This document shows positions 1 through 13,800 of a stretch of 64,000 bases of DNA, in pieces. Under the pieces are notes generated by a model that ran no database searches, was not told where the DNA came from, and was given only the letters and a program-made list of their open reading frames with translations. The stretch comes from Saccostrea echinata. Its lineage: Eukaryota. The stretch spans positions 2,666,001-2,730,000 of the forward strand of contig NW_026889796.1 in NCBI RefSeq assembly GCF_033153115.1. The letters are read 5' to 3'. How positions within the stretch are numbered: position 1 is the stretch's first letter; the number at the start of each line of letters is the position of its first letter. The translations under genes were made by a program, and so were the position numbers.

Positions 1-1140
1 AAAAGGGGGATATTAATTTGGGTCTGTCTGTTCGTCCGTCCGTTTGTCTGTGTGTAATACTTTCGTTTCCGAACGATATCCCAAAAGGCCTTTGAGCTTT
101 TGCAATAAAGTGTTGTAGCCTAAGAAAGACTCCTATTGATTTTGAGGTCAAAAGATCAAAGGCCAAGTTCATAAATTCATACATTGCAAATAACAGTTTC
201 CAGAAAACTTTAGTTTTTTTTGAGTTTTTCTCAATAAAATTTAATATCACTACATCCGATGGCCTTAAAAAGACCATTTCTAATTTGAGGTGAAAAGGTC
301 AAAGGTCAAGGTAAGAAACTTATACATTTTGTCTGTGTGTAACACTTTCGTTTCCGGACGATGTTTTAAATGTATTTGAGATTGTGCAATGAAATTTCAC
401 ATCACAACTTCTTATGGCATAAAAAGATCCCTTTTGATTATGAGGTCAAAAGGTGAAAGATCAAGGTCAGAAATTCATATATTGCAAAAAATGTTTTCCA
501 GATGATAACTTAGTTCTCCTTGAATTTTTTTTCAATGAAGTTATACGTCATAACTCTTTGTAAATTAAAGGACACCCCTTTTGATTTTAGGTCAAAAGGT
601 CAGGTCAAGGTCAGAAATTCATACAATCCAAAAACGGTTTCCAGATGATAACTTTAGTTTTCCTCAAGCTTCTTCTATGAAATTTTATATCACAACTCCC
701 AATAACTTTAACCTCTTTTGATTTATAGGTCAAAAGGTCAAGGCAAAAAATTCATAGCTTGCATAAAATGCTTTCCTGTAATAACTAGTTTTTTGAGGTT
801 TACAATTATTTTTATGCATTAGTCAATATAGCATAAGAAAAAGAATCCTATTAATTTTGAGGTGAAAAGGTCAAAGACCAAGGTCAGAAATTTATATACT
901 GCAAACACGCATTTCATGGGATCACTTAAGTTCTCTCTAAGCTTTTGCAAAGAAACTTAAGTCATAAATTTATTTTACTCGAAATAGATCCTTATCGACT
1001 TTAAGGCCAAATGCTGTAGGTCAATGTTATTTTTTTCTCTCCATCTACATATTTCTTCACTTCTTCCACCCCTTCTTTTTTTCTTAAACGGGGGACAATT
1101 GTCTGAACTAACGTGTTTTTCTTTTGGACAAGTTACCTCG
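1..1140 (+). mobile_element. Helentron-associated non-autonomous element (HINE-like) with ~145-bp tandem core repeats; 5' end cut by the window edge
   Basis: (GTCY)n microsatellite at ~22-50. About 7 diverged units carry TTTTGAGGTCAAAAGGTCAAAGGTCAAGGTC at ~141, 284, 441, 587, 727 and 856. Ends with a GGGGGAC sub-terminal motif near 1090-1140. This architecture is typical of bivalve HINE/pearl-like repeats. Confidence 0.7.
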
Positions 1141-1885
1141 TAAAATAAGAAATATTTACAACTGTACAATTCGGATATAGAGGTGAATTTTCTAATTTAC
1201 TTGCATGAAAAAGAAACTTCTCCTAAAAGCTAGGCTAATGTTTTCTGTTTTACATCAGGTCGAAATGCATTATACATTATGCAAAGAAAACATGTTAAAA
1301 GAATTCAAAACTGAAGCTCAACATTGCATATATATTTTTTTCTTCAAAATAAAGTCTATATTAATGAGCACGTATTTGATATTTGAGTCAGAACAAATAT
1401 CATACACATATAATTCTCTTAAAAATATATCGGCAAAAGTAAAGATTGCAATTTGGCTTGAAAGTTCACTTAAACATATGTATATTGTAGTTACATTTTT
1501 GATAGCAATTTTCCCTTTTCTACAATATTTTGTTATAACACTGTTCCAATTTAGAATCTCAAAGTAATTTCTATAATATATAAATCAGAATTGCAGACAA
1601 TATTATTAATATGTCACAATATTCATATTTATTGCTTCCTCAACTGTATACCGGTAGGTTTATTTTCCGAATACCAAGAGCCCACACACAAATATCCCTT
1701 TATATAACCTGCATTGGAGGGGGAGGGGGTCCTGAACCGCCCATGTATATTCCGGCGCATGCCATGTATTGAACTAGATTACCCAATCATTTTTCGCTCA
1801 GCAGGAGAGAAAAGAGAAATGGCCGTGACTTTATGCCGGTACAGTAAGAAAACGTGGTCATTTGCTATCACGTTAGCCGTCAAGT

Positions 1886-4800
1886 ATGCAGCGACTGGAA
1901 GTTGCAGTGTGTATGTTTTTGTTGGTGTTTCCAGGATCACTGCAGGCTCTGCAAGGTAAATATACGATTGGTGTTGTTTATTATAGGTAATTGAATTATG
2001 TAACAAAATAGTGCATGTAATACTTTACAGACAGGATTCCTGTGGGCATTTAGATTGTTATATGAAAAAAAAAATATTGTGATAATATTGTTAGGATTTT
2101 TTCGTTTGTAAAATTCTTTTAAGATCTTAAAAAAGAGGAAATTACTTAGTTATATATAGTTTACACTGACTGATCCTACGCTACGACAACTTTTCAATTG
2201 TTGGCATTTTTTAATTGTGAAGGACAATTAATTGTCAGTAATTTTACAAATTTATATTAATAAATACACCTTTAGACCCTGTTTTCTATGAGATGAATTG
2301 GTTATTTACGAATTGTTGGTAATTAGATACTTTCTCATTAAATTAATCATTCGAGTGAGTGCCGCATAATTATACATAAAAAAAAACTTTCAACCAAAAA
2401 AAAAAAAAAAAATAAAATAAAATAAAAATAAATAAAATTGACAAATAGCGCAGATTAGGGTTTTTACAATTAAGGATGTTCCAGATTTTTTTTTTTTTTA
2501 CATCATCCAAATAATCCAACACAAAAAAAAGAAAAAAAGAAAATAAAGTAATGCTATTTCGTATTCCTCAAAATTTTGCTGCTTTTTAAAGAGCTCTACT
2601 AGTTGAAAAGCTGTTTTTAGCTGTTCAAAGCTGTTTCTGTTTGTATGTAGATATTTTTATTGCTCCTCATCCTTTTGGTTTTGGTCCGATTTCAATAAAA
2701 GTTGATACAAGTTAGAACTACTTCCAAATATACGGAATTATATTCATCTGTCTTTGTTTTAGATTAACGGTGTTGTCATGCTCACTTAGAAATAGAAATT
2801 TGCATAATGTTTATTCAAAATGCTACTCCTACAGTATTAATCCGAATTCAATGAAACTTGGAACAGGAATAGACACACATAAGATGTTATTCTATAATTT
2901 TTGTTTTGATGAAGGATGCTACATATACCTTATTACTAAAGATAAAAATTTGTGCAAATTCATTCAAAACGTGAATCATCTTACAGTTCAATAAAACTTG
3001 GTACAAAAGTTGACTAAACTAAAATACATAATGATTTCAACAAACGCTGTTGACATGGTAACTAAAAAAGAAAATTTTATAAAATTCATTCTAAACGCTA
3101 CTCCCTCTATAGTTCCAGATGTTAATAAAACTTGGTACTCAAATAGAGTACACAAAGATTCACAATTATTTTTTTCCAGTTTTTGATGTTGGTGTCCTCA
3201 AATTATGTTACCATCATTAGTAGAGATAGAATGTTCAGAGAAAATCTTTCAAGGCGTTCTCTTTATATGGGTTTTCTTCAACTTGATTAATTTGTTTAAT
3301 AGAAATATTACTCTAAAGTACACGACTCTGGTTGTTGGTTTTTGATTTCAAGATTAAGTAGCAAGGTTGACCATTATGAAAAGTATAATAACTGAAATTC
3401 TTTCAAATTGCTTATTGTCGTACAGTTTGTGTTTGATTTCAATCAAACTTTGGACAAGTTCAAAATGCAGTAATTCTGTAAATGTAAAATTAAAAAGAAA
3501 TACAAGGACTTTGGGTACAAGTTTTGCTCGTACTACTTAAAATACAAACCGAGGAGCTACTGTCTCGTCAGAGACCTCTTGTTCAATTATACAAACAATT
3601 ACAGTTGTAGTGAATTTTGACTATGAAGTATTATCTATCACGAGTTTAATGATGCTTTTTAGATTGTCGTTATTTTCAGAATTGGGTACATCCTTGAAAT
3701 ACGAGTACAAAATTTCAAACAAAAGTTATTTGGGGGGGGGGGGGGAAGGGGGAACAAAGTTCCTGAAATTATTACTACTTCCCATCAACCTAACCATCAA
3801 TTAATTTTAGATTTCAATAAACATTTTCCCATCTTTTAGAGAAAAAGGAAAAGAACACATCTTAAAAAAAAAAATCATGTTACATTTTAAATTTTTCTTT
3901 GGAGCTTAATCACGTAACAATTAAGAATCGATTCTCACACATTTTGTAATTAATATTTACAAGTACATTTCAGAAACAAAGATACAAAGAAAATACATGT
4001 ATATTAAGGTGTAATGAAATATTGCTAGACTAAACATTATAATCAAAAGAACTTATATTAATAGCTACATGTAAGTATTTGAAACGTTTAATTATAAATA
4101 TGATATATCAACATTGGGATTTTTGTGGACGGTATACGTGACAAGAATAATGAAGAAATGTAATATACTGTTATATATAATATCCAATAACAGTAGCCAG
4201 AAAGTCTACATAGAACGGAGGTTTTGCATTTGTAGTGTATAATAAAAAAACCAGTACTTCTACTAATTAGAATAATTAATGTCTTTTTCTTCTAACGAGG
4301 ACAACACGCAGGAATATCCATTGTCAATATCCTATGTACAGACAAGTTAGGTTACAATAAGAGAGAGAATTTTGCAGTTTAGATAGTATTTTTCACATAA
4401 AGTTTAAAGCATTATTTTATCACATTTGATTACCATATTGGCGAAGCCAATGAAGTTAGAAGTGTTGGATCCCAATACACGAAAAAGTCTGACCAAATAC
4501 ATATCTAATTCCAATGTATATCTCGTAAACTTAAAACTAGAAACCATGTAGTTTTACGCACCTTTGTCATGTACATGTAAGCAACTACTAGATTTATAAT
4601 TCAGTGACGAATAATTCAATTGTTAAAAAATATTTTATTCACAGACGCCCATTAAAAATTCCGAATTTAAAGTTTACCGGGTAACTCATATTCTAGATAA
4701 ACACAGCAAATGTTAAATGAAATACATACGTGATGTCATAATCCCAATCCCCTACCCCCCAACCGTTGCCAATCAACAATCAATATCTATGAAGTTTGTT

Positions 4801-7800
4801 TTCGTAAAAAGACGGAGTTTCATAAGAAAAATATATCAGACACGAAAGCTTGAGTTGAATCTAGCTTTAGGAGATGCTATACCAGAGACTAGAGACGATA
4901 ATTTGAGTTTCTTAAGAAAATACTAACTAGAGACGACAACTTGAGTTTAATCTTAAGAGATGATCATCTATACTAGAGACGATAAACGAGTTTCTCAAGA
5001 AACAACTTTTATTTCTAGAGACGACAGCTTGAGTTCCTTCAGAAATTAGGAACTTAAGTAGAGATGAGAACACATGTTCCTAAAAAAAGTTTACTATTTA
5101 ACTATGGCCATATAATCTTGGGTTACCAGGTGATTTACTACAGAAACGACTGTTGGAGTTCTTGTACAGTTGAAATCCATGAGTGACGTTTGCTAGAGGC
5201 GACAGTGTAATGTTTCAACAACGTTCACTAAAGCATACTCCATACAGTATCAATTCTCTGGGACTACTTTCCATACGAAAATAAATTTCATATGGAGTTG
5301 TAGCTTAACGTAATACTGAGCTGTCTGGAGCTTGTCACTAAAGGCGACGTGAAAAGTCAAAGAGGATCGCTATGGATGAAAGTTTGACTACCCAGACAGA
5401 CTTTTGCTAGAGACGACAATGTATTATTTCGAAGATTACTTGTGGTAACGTTACAAACTTGCGTGTTTGATTGATTTTCTTAAATATGGATTAGTGTTCC
5501 TTCAAAATTCCAAAAAGACGACAGTTTGACATCTGAAAGTTTTTACAAGAGTAGAGAAGGCACTTGGGTCTCTTTGAAAAGATTCACTAAAGTTGGCCAA
5601 GGTCCCTGATGAGTTCCCTCGGCACAGAGACCTTGAGAAGTTAACTTGAGTCGACATTTGGGCTCCAGGATGTTGAACAGCGTTAAATGTTTGTTTTCTC
5701 AGAGACATTCAGTAGACACATCAGCTTGACACCCCGGGATGTTCTCTACAAATCAGTGAAATCTCTATTTGAGAAATAAATATTAGCGGTCTATCTCCGG
5801 AGAGGTTCTTCGTAGGGACAGTTGACATCTTTGACAGAATCACCGAAGACGTCAGTCTAATGTTCCTGAACTGATTATAAAATAGGAGCCTTAATTTGAG
5901 GTCCCAAGGGACTTACTAGAGGCTATACAGATTAGCGTCGCAGAGAGGGTCAATAGAACCATAGAGAGATCAGTACAGGTACTGGCGCCTCTAAGAGGTT
6001 TAATAGAGATAGTTTTGGGATCTGTAGGTACTGGCGCCTCTAAGAGGTTTAATAGAGATAGTTTGAGGGATCTGTAGGTACTGGCGCCTCTAAGAGGTTT
6101 AATAGAGATAGTTTTGGGATCTGTAGGTACTGGCGCCTCTGAGAGGTTTAATAGAGATGGTTTTGGGATCTGTAGGTACTAGGGCCTCTAAGAGGTTTAA
6201 TAGAGATAGTTTGAGGGATCTGTAGGTACTGGTGCCTCTAAGAGGTTTAATAGAGATAGTTTGAGGGAACTGTAGATACTGGCGCCTCTGAGAGGTTTAA
6301 TAGAGATGGTTTTGGGATCTGTAGGTACTAGGGCCTCTAAGAGTTTTAATAGAGATAGTTTGAAGGATCTGTAGGTACTGGCGCCTCTAAGAGTTTTAAT
6401 AGAGATAGTTTGAGAGTTTGTGGGTACTGGCGCCTCTAAGAGGTTTAATAGAGATAGTTTGAGGAATCTGTAGGTACTGGCGCCTCTAAGAGGTTTAATA
6501 GAGATGGTTTGAGGGATCGTTAGGTAGTACTGGCACCTCTAAGAGGTTTAATAGAGATAGTTTGAGGGATCTGTAAGTACTGGCGCCTCTAAGAGGTTTA
6601 ATAGAGATAGTTTGAGGGATCAGTAGGTATTGCATGGCGCCTCTGAGAGGTTTAATAGAGATAGTATGAGGTGCTTGAGAGGCTTATAAAAACACAGCTA
6701 GATTTGTGTATGAGCGTTTGACGAGAATTAAACTATAGTTTGACTTGCCGTATAGTGCTTACTAGAGACGACAGTAGTGTTTTCTTATACATTAGAGTTT
6801 ATTTTAATTGATACTACTTAAGAGATACGTTTAGCCATATTCTGACATATTAGGGTGATTAAATAGAGAAGTCTATGAGAGATTCAATACAGTCGACAGT
6901 TTGTTTGCTCAGAGAAGTTCTCCAAGTATTAGAGGGATGGGGGGGGGGGGTACTATAGAGTCAACACTTTGTCTGCATAGAGAGATTCTCTATTCATAAC
7001 AGTTGACGTCATTAAAATTAGAACTCAGAATCGGCTCCCTTGGAGGTTCACAAGAGCAGAACCACCTACATTGCCTTTACATGTATAAACCATTGCTATT
7101 GACATAAGTAAATGGCAGAAGGAGAGCCCGAATTGATGAGTGTCTTAATCATCTAAATGTTTGAAACTGCACAAGAGAGCAGTTTAGAAAATGAAGTCTT
7201 AGTTACTACCTCTTTTGAAGCAATTACACATCTCATCGGACCAAGGAACAAATTTACTAATTGACGCAATCATAATTCGTTAGCTTTACGTTAAAGCTTA
7301 ACTATACGTTAGCTCTATGTTAAAACTAAAGAAATCAAATTTAAAATTTGCACAAAAGATATCGCCAAAGGTTTATACATATTCTTGAAAACCAATATAT
7401 ATCAAGAAGGAAAAAAAACACTCATCAAGTTGTTTATGCTTCTCCCCTTTATTGACATTCTCACCTCACAAATCAATTATAAACAAGCGCCACTTATACT
7501 AGCACCACTCCGAATATTTGTACCTAAATTGCACAGCCCTGTCAAAATGCTCGAAACACTTCATACGCTCCTTAGCAAGTTAAGTTTGTTGCATTTTGAT
7601 ATTGACTGACAATTTTAAGAATTTTTCAAAGAATGACTAAATTTTGCAAGCTCGTGTAATCAAAACAATACACCCCCCAAAAGTGCATATGCCCGCAGGG
7701 ATTATCTAGTATTATCTGAGAAAATACTGCGGCTGACCCCAATAATTAGCAGACGTACCCAATTACTGGGTTAATCATGTCAAGGCGCTGGAATTCTTGT

Positions 7801-10800
7801 GAAACGTCTGCTCGACTTTTTTTGAATTAAAGGCAATAAGATGAATGGGAAATAGAGAGAAAATTCCTGACGCATGACTGACGCAGACGTCTTTGACTTA
7901 AGTTCTATATGACGTCGCAGACGAATTGAGAAAAAAGAACATCAAGCCTTTAGTTAAAACAATAAAAACTTCAAATCGTTAACCAACAATAAACCTATGA
8001 TTAAAGAAATTGATATGCTCAAATATATACATACAATATAATCATTATCTTTTTATGCGTATCATTTAAAATATATTCCTACCCAGGTGAAGAAGGGCAA
8101 AAACTGCGAGTTTTGGAACGAAAGTTGTTTGAGATGATACAAGCTGAATATCCGGAATTTTCTGAGTCGACAGGACTGACCGGAAATGACGGGAGGGCAG
8201 AGTCCTTCACATTCCAAGCATTTGAAAGGCGGAAAGTGAGAATATTAGACTGATAGAGAGGGTTAGATAATTTTAAACATGGATAAATTTAAAAAAAAAA
8301 TAATCCGATGAATTTAATCAATGTTGATATTAGTGATAGCATCTGAGACATGTTGATTTTACATTAGCATGCATAATGCAGTCATATTTCTATACACTAG
8401 TTTTTTCAACTTATTTATTTTCAGCAATTAGATTTATTTCTATGAATAGATAATAGACTGTCCTTCCTTTTATACCTTTTCATTAAAAAAAAAAAACTTA
8501 AAAGAATTCTTAATTTTGTCAATTATATTAACTTTGCATTTATATCTATCAGCGCGCGCGCTCTTTGATTTCTTTTACATAAGAATTGGTTTATCTGTAA
8601 ATCCTGGAAAAACTCGAGAAATCAGTTTATCTGTAAATCACGGAAAAACTCGAGAAATCCAAGGGCACAGATAGAAATCATTCAAGCATTCTCTACGTAA
8701 ATTATGCAGTGACATCCTCTTGATAGCACCTTGACCTTTAAAAGTCGCATTTAAAAGATTTAGATAGAGATTCGAATTTTTAGACTTGAAGAGTAAGGAT
8801 TATACTTGAATGCATTTGTTTCATTATTTTTATCTGTCTGGACTCGATAACCGACTTTTATTTTTATATTAACAGAATCAGAATTTAGAGCTGTTGAACC
8901 AGATTAATACCATCAACAAAAAACTACTCACTCATAATGAACTGCAAGATTTAAAAATCTTACGCAACCACGTGCAGACGTATGTGGAAGGCTATAGATT
9001 CAGAGAGTAAGTCTTCGTCCTAAGAATTCATTCCAATTTCTTAACCCGAAAAAACTGAAGAAGGACAATTATATTCTTAAAAGGAATTAAAGAAATAAAT
9101 TTAAAAAAAAGCACGAATGTAATTTAAAGGAAATTGATTCGTGTTTTGTAGATGGGGAAATTTGAATCCTATAAATTTTCTTGAGGCACCTTTGAAACAC
9201 CGCAATTGGATTTCGAAATCTATGACTTCAGATCCCCAGAAATATCTTTCAAGACTTCGAGCCATTCCACAACAAGTATGGCAAGGGGTTCTGTTCAGGA
9301 ATTCATATCACTTTTATATCCTAGTCTTTCAATACGAGTAAACTTTATATACCTTTTTTTTAATAAAACTGTTTTAGTCCATTGATGCTTTTTTTATTGT
9401 TATCTACATAGATCAAAGAGCAGATTCAACTTATGAAGAGTGCCATTCAACTAAACCGGACCAATCACATCAATTCAATGGTAACCGCTCAAAAGTCTCA
9501 TGCTCACAAATTAATCTACCAAGTGTCTAGTTTATTCCGAAAAAAGTAATTGCATAATTGTTACAATTTCGTTGTACCTATACATATATACGTAAGCACA
9601 TCATTCGAAATGTTTCTGGCGCTTGATTTTTTTATGCCCCGTATCGAAGATTCGGGGGTATATAGTTTTTGCACTGTCCATCTGTCTGTCTGTTTGTCTG
9701 TCCGCAAAAACTTTAACCTTGTCCATAACTTTTGATTGGTTGGAGCTATGGCTTTCATATATCAGACGTGTATTTCTTGTGACAAGACCTTTCTTTGGGT
9801 ACCACCATATTTGACATTTTGACCTTGACCTTGGAGTTTGACCCAGTTTTGCAAAATTTTACTAAACTTTAACCTTGGTCATAACTTTTGAAAAATTGGT
9901 GCTAGGGCTTTCATACTTCACATGTGTAATCCTTGTGACAAGACCTTCCTTTGGATACCAACAACTTTGACCTTCACCTTGGAGTTTGACCTACTTTTGA
10001 AAAACTTTAACCTTGGTCATAACTTATGAACGGTTGGTGCTAGGGCTTTCATACTTCACATATGTCATCTTTGTGACAAGACCTTTATTTGAATACCAAC
10101 AACTTTGACCCTTTGATCTTGACCTTGGAGTTTGACCTACTTTTGGAAAACTGTAACCTTGGCCATAACTTTTGGACGGTTGGTTCTAGGGCTTTCATAC
10201 TTCACATATGTAATCCTTGTGACAAGACCTTTCTTTGGATACCAACAACCTTGACCCTTTGACCTTGACCTTGGAGTTTGTCCTACTTTTGGAAAACTGT
10301 AACCTTGGTCATAACTTTTGAACGATTGGTGCTTCGGCTTTCATATTCCACATGCGTATTTCTTGGGCACCATTAATTTTGACCATTTGACCTTGACCTT
10401 GATGTTTGACATACTTTTGAAAAACCTTTAACCTTTTCCATATCTATTCAATGGTTGTTGCTAGGGCTTTCATATTTCACAGGTTTATTCCTCGAGACAA
10501 GACCTTACTTTGGGTACCAACATACTTGATTTGCATTTGAGAAAGTTTAAACTTTGCTTTAAGTTGCCATACGGGGGCATCAGTGTTTCACAAACACATC
10601 TTGTTTAAATATGATTTTTTTATACATATACACTGTACATACATATATTTATTTTTACATACAGAAAGAATCGTTTAACAAAACCTTGCAAACTACATGA
10701 CTGTAATTAAAATTCGACTTTTAATTCAATTCCTCTACGAAACGATGTATTGAGTGTATTGTATATAGAGATGTAATGTTGATTAAGTTGAAAACGTTAA

Positions 10801-13800
10801 TAGTGACCATTTTCATAGCTGCAGATTTGTAGCTCACTAGTCTGTAAACATAGGTATATATGGGCATCCATCCTACTTTTTTTTCAAAAGAATGAGCCAG
10901 AGGTATACATCTACCAATTCCACTGTTCATAAATAAGATCCATGCTACGTGTGATTCATTTTGATTTATTTTTATATATCTAGGATGGTATGCTGGAAAT
11001 GATATGGTCTGAAATATTTTACGTATACAGACACCAAAGACATGAAAATTTCAATGCCTCTTCGTCACAAAACTCCTCAAGGTATAACATACATTGTATA
11101 TGATCGTCTATAACTCATTCTTTTCATTGTCGGAAATAGGAGAGAAAATGGATAATTGCTCTAATTGCCAATTCTTGGCTTTGGCGAGCAATATTTCTAT
11201 CCAGATTCATATGTATACGCCTGTAACATCAATTATTTGATTCTTGCTATACATAAAATTCTTCGGAATTGTTTTAAAAATTCTGAACTATGTGTACCGT
11301 GCATACAAGAGTAGATAAAAGTCAGTGTTTGAATTTGTATGTGTCTTACAGGTATTTTCCTTTTTATATTTATAAGTTGATAAAAGGAAACCCAGTCAGA
11401 TCGTCACAATTATAAAGTTTCTTTTATGTTGACATAGCAGCCAGTTACTTGTTTGGAATACAAGTACAGAGAACATAGTGGAGACTCTTAATAAATTGGC
11501 AGAATTTATTGATTCGGTTAGTATATAATTGTACTTAGTTTATACTTCACTTCAGCATGAAATCTACTAGAAAATTTTGAATATAATTGCTCTGCCCAAG
11601 TCAACCAGAGCAAGGGAACCAGAGATATGCTAGGAAATTTTTGAACTGGAGATTAAATATGTCTAAAATTAGCAGGGAAATGAGTTGTTTAAAACTCATC
11701 GTTATTTGAGTCCCTTTATCCACAGCTTCATTGATAGTTGATTAAAGTTTATTCAAGTAATTATCTTAATCTTCCAAACAAGCTGTGAAATGAAATGATT
11801 TTAAGAGATTATATTTTATATTGAATTGTTACAAAGATAGATGTATTTTTATATTGGTTTAATTTGAACATACATGTTTATATGTTTAATTAAATTATTC
11901 CCGCAAGAGCCAGAAAATGTGACGGCATTTTCTGATTCCAAGTTTCTTTGGAACGTACTTGTAGAGAAATTAAAATCTTAAAGTATATGTTTGGCCAAAA
12001 CAAGATAAATAATTATATATTTATTCCCATATCAATTTGCAAGCACTTAATTTATGTTGATAAATTTATTCTATAAATCTTGACTGGTTGGTTAACTATA
12101 CATAGATCCTAGGTTTTGCATTGCAATAAAAGTGCACGAGGACTTTTTCAAAACAATAATTATGTATGTACAGAAACGGTATTAAGATTTGCAGAATGAT
12201 AAAGCATAGTTTAGTTTGTATAAACTTCCCTGAGCTTCTTGTCTATAAAGGAATACCTCCCGGCCAGTCGTAGGAATATAGGAGTTAGTTCCCTACCTGG
12301 TGGACTGGAGTATTATCAGGCCTGTCTGGACTACCACTTGGGAACTCGACTCTCACCACAGGAGATTCACGATCTAGGACATAATGAAATCAAAAGAATA
12401 GAAAAACTTATGAAGAAGGTACAAACTATAAAAGCTTCTCTTTTAAGATGATTTGCTAAGTATTTCTGTGTAGTAATAGATGTAAATGTGTTAAGTAGGA
12501 GAATATTGTTCAAGAGAAAAGATGATGAAATATACTGTAAATCACCTTATTTTTGCGAGATAGGTATTTGGTATTTATAAGCGAGACAAAATGTTCCCGA
12601 ATTCTGAGCTTTAAACTCTATACTAATGAAAATATACGCGAGAATATAATTTTCGCGAGCAGACTGTCTCGCGTACGCGAAAATAAAGTTCTCGCGAGTA
12701 AAAAGTGATTAACAGAATTTGAAGTTATATGAAATTCTAGTTTGAAAACGTCGTTCCAATAACACAGAGTTGGGTTCCTACCATATCTATCATTTATAGC
12801 GATTAAAACTTGGCAAATACAATGAATGTTCTTAAGGCATGTTTGAATAAAGAAAAAAGAATCATAATACTACATCACATCATATTTACTGCATTGCGAA
12901 CATGCCATACCGGAAATCAATTTTAGGTGATGAGGCAAGTCGGATTTACGGGGAAAATATCAGAATTTGCCTGGTTCCTCAACAAAAAGAATCTACATGA
13001 AGACACAAAGGTATGGTAGATCAGATCACTCTATTAACATTCGATGACACAGATAATGAAGATAGTAACATAATGTGGAAATGTCCATTTGAAGATTTGT
13101 TAAGTATTTAATACACTATGTTTATTACTTGTAGTGGAACGTATTCCAAAGTTACAGAAGAGCCATTAACAGCGCCCGTGACTCGTTATGGAGCTCATTC
13201 CAGAGAATTCCACTTACACCACTAAAGTTTGTATTAATTAATTATTAATACTTCTATACGCATTGTATAAACACAAGTACATGTCAATTACAGAAAGCCA
13301 CTCTACACACTCTGCAACTCTGTGAAAACATTTGCCTCCAAAAGTGCAATTATTCCGTATAGAAGTTATGAAACAGAGATGAATCATACTGAAGATGCTG
13401 AAAATTAGTTTTCAAAAACGCCCATCAAACTTGCAAAAAAGTGCTCTATAGAAAGTATTTTCTTTTCAATCTCCCCAAAACCAAATTTATTGTTTTCAAA
13501 ACATTCGAAGCTAATTTAAAATTCAAATTATTAATAAGTAACAAAAATTAAAGAAAAATCGCATTTAAACACCATGGATGTGCCTTTATCTTTAAAAGAC
13601 GGAAAACGATCGAATTAAGAAGCATCCCATTCATATAGATTCAAACTGATTTGAAATAAACTAAAAGTATAAAAGGAAGCTCTAAACAAGACACTCTACT
13701 AATAATATGCAGTTAGAGTGATCTGCCCTTAGATGTAAGATAAAATTAATGGTAGTCGATCTGCATGACATAATTTGTAATGGTTAAATATTCTTAAAAT

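Noticed and set aside
1714-1959. 81-aa ORF as a gene
   Set aside because: The likely first exon uses another frame (ATG at 1886), which encodes a signal peptide and splices in phase at 1955.
4880-7010. CRISPR array
   Set aside because: Eukaryotic intron with no cas genes. Repeats are degenerate with irregular spacing, and the clean part has near-identical linkers, so it is a minisatellite.
8590-8660. 36-bp tandem duplication, and a 22-bp one at ~36378-36424
   Set aside because: Two-copy local slippage events with no evident function.
9550-9814. Short ORFs here and at 17631-17939, 18629-19017, 37983-38261, 38965-39429 and 50003-50233
   Set aside because: Translations of repeat or low-complexity DNA (HINE, PLE, SINE, TA microsatellite).
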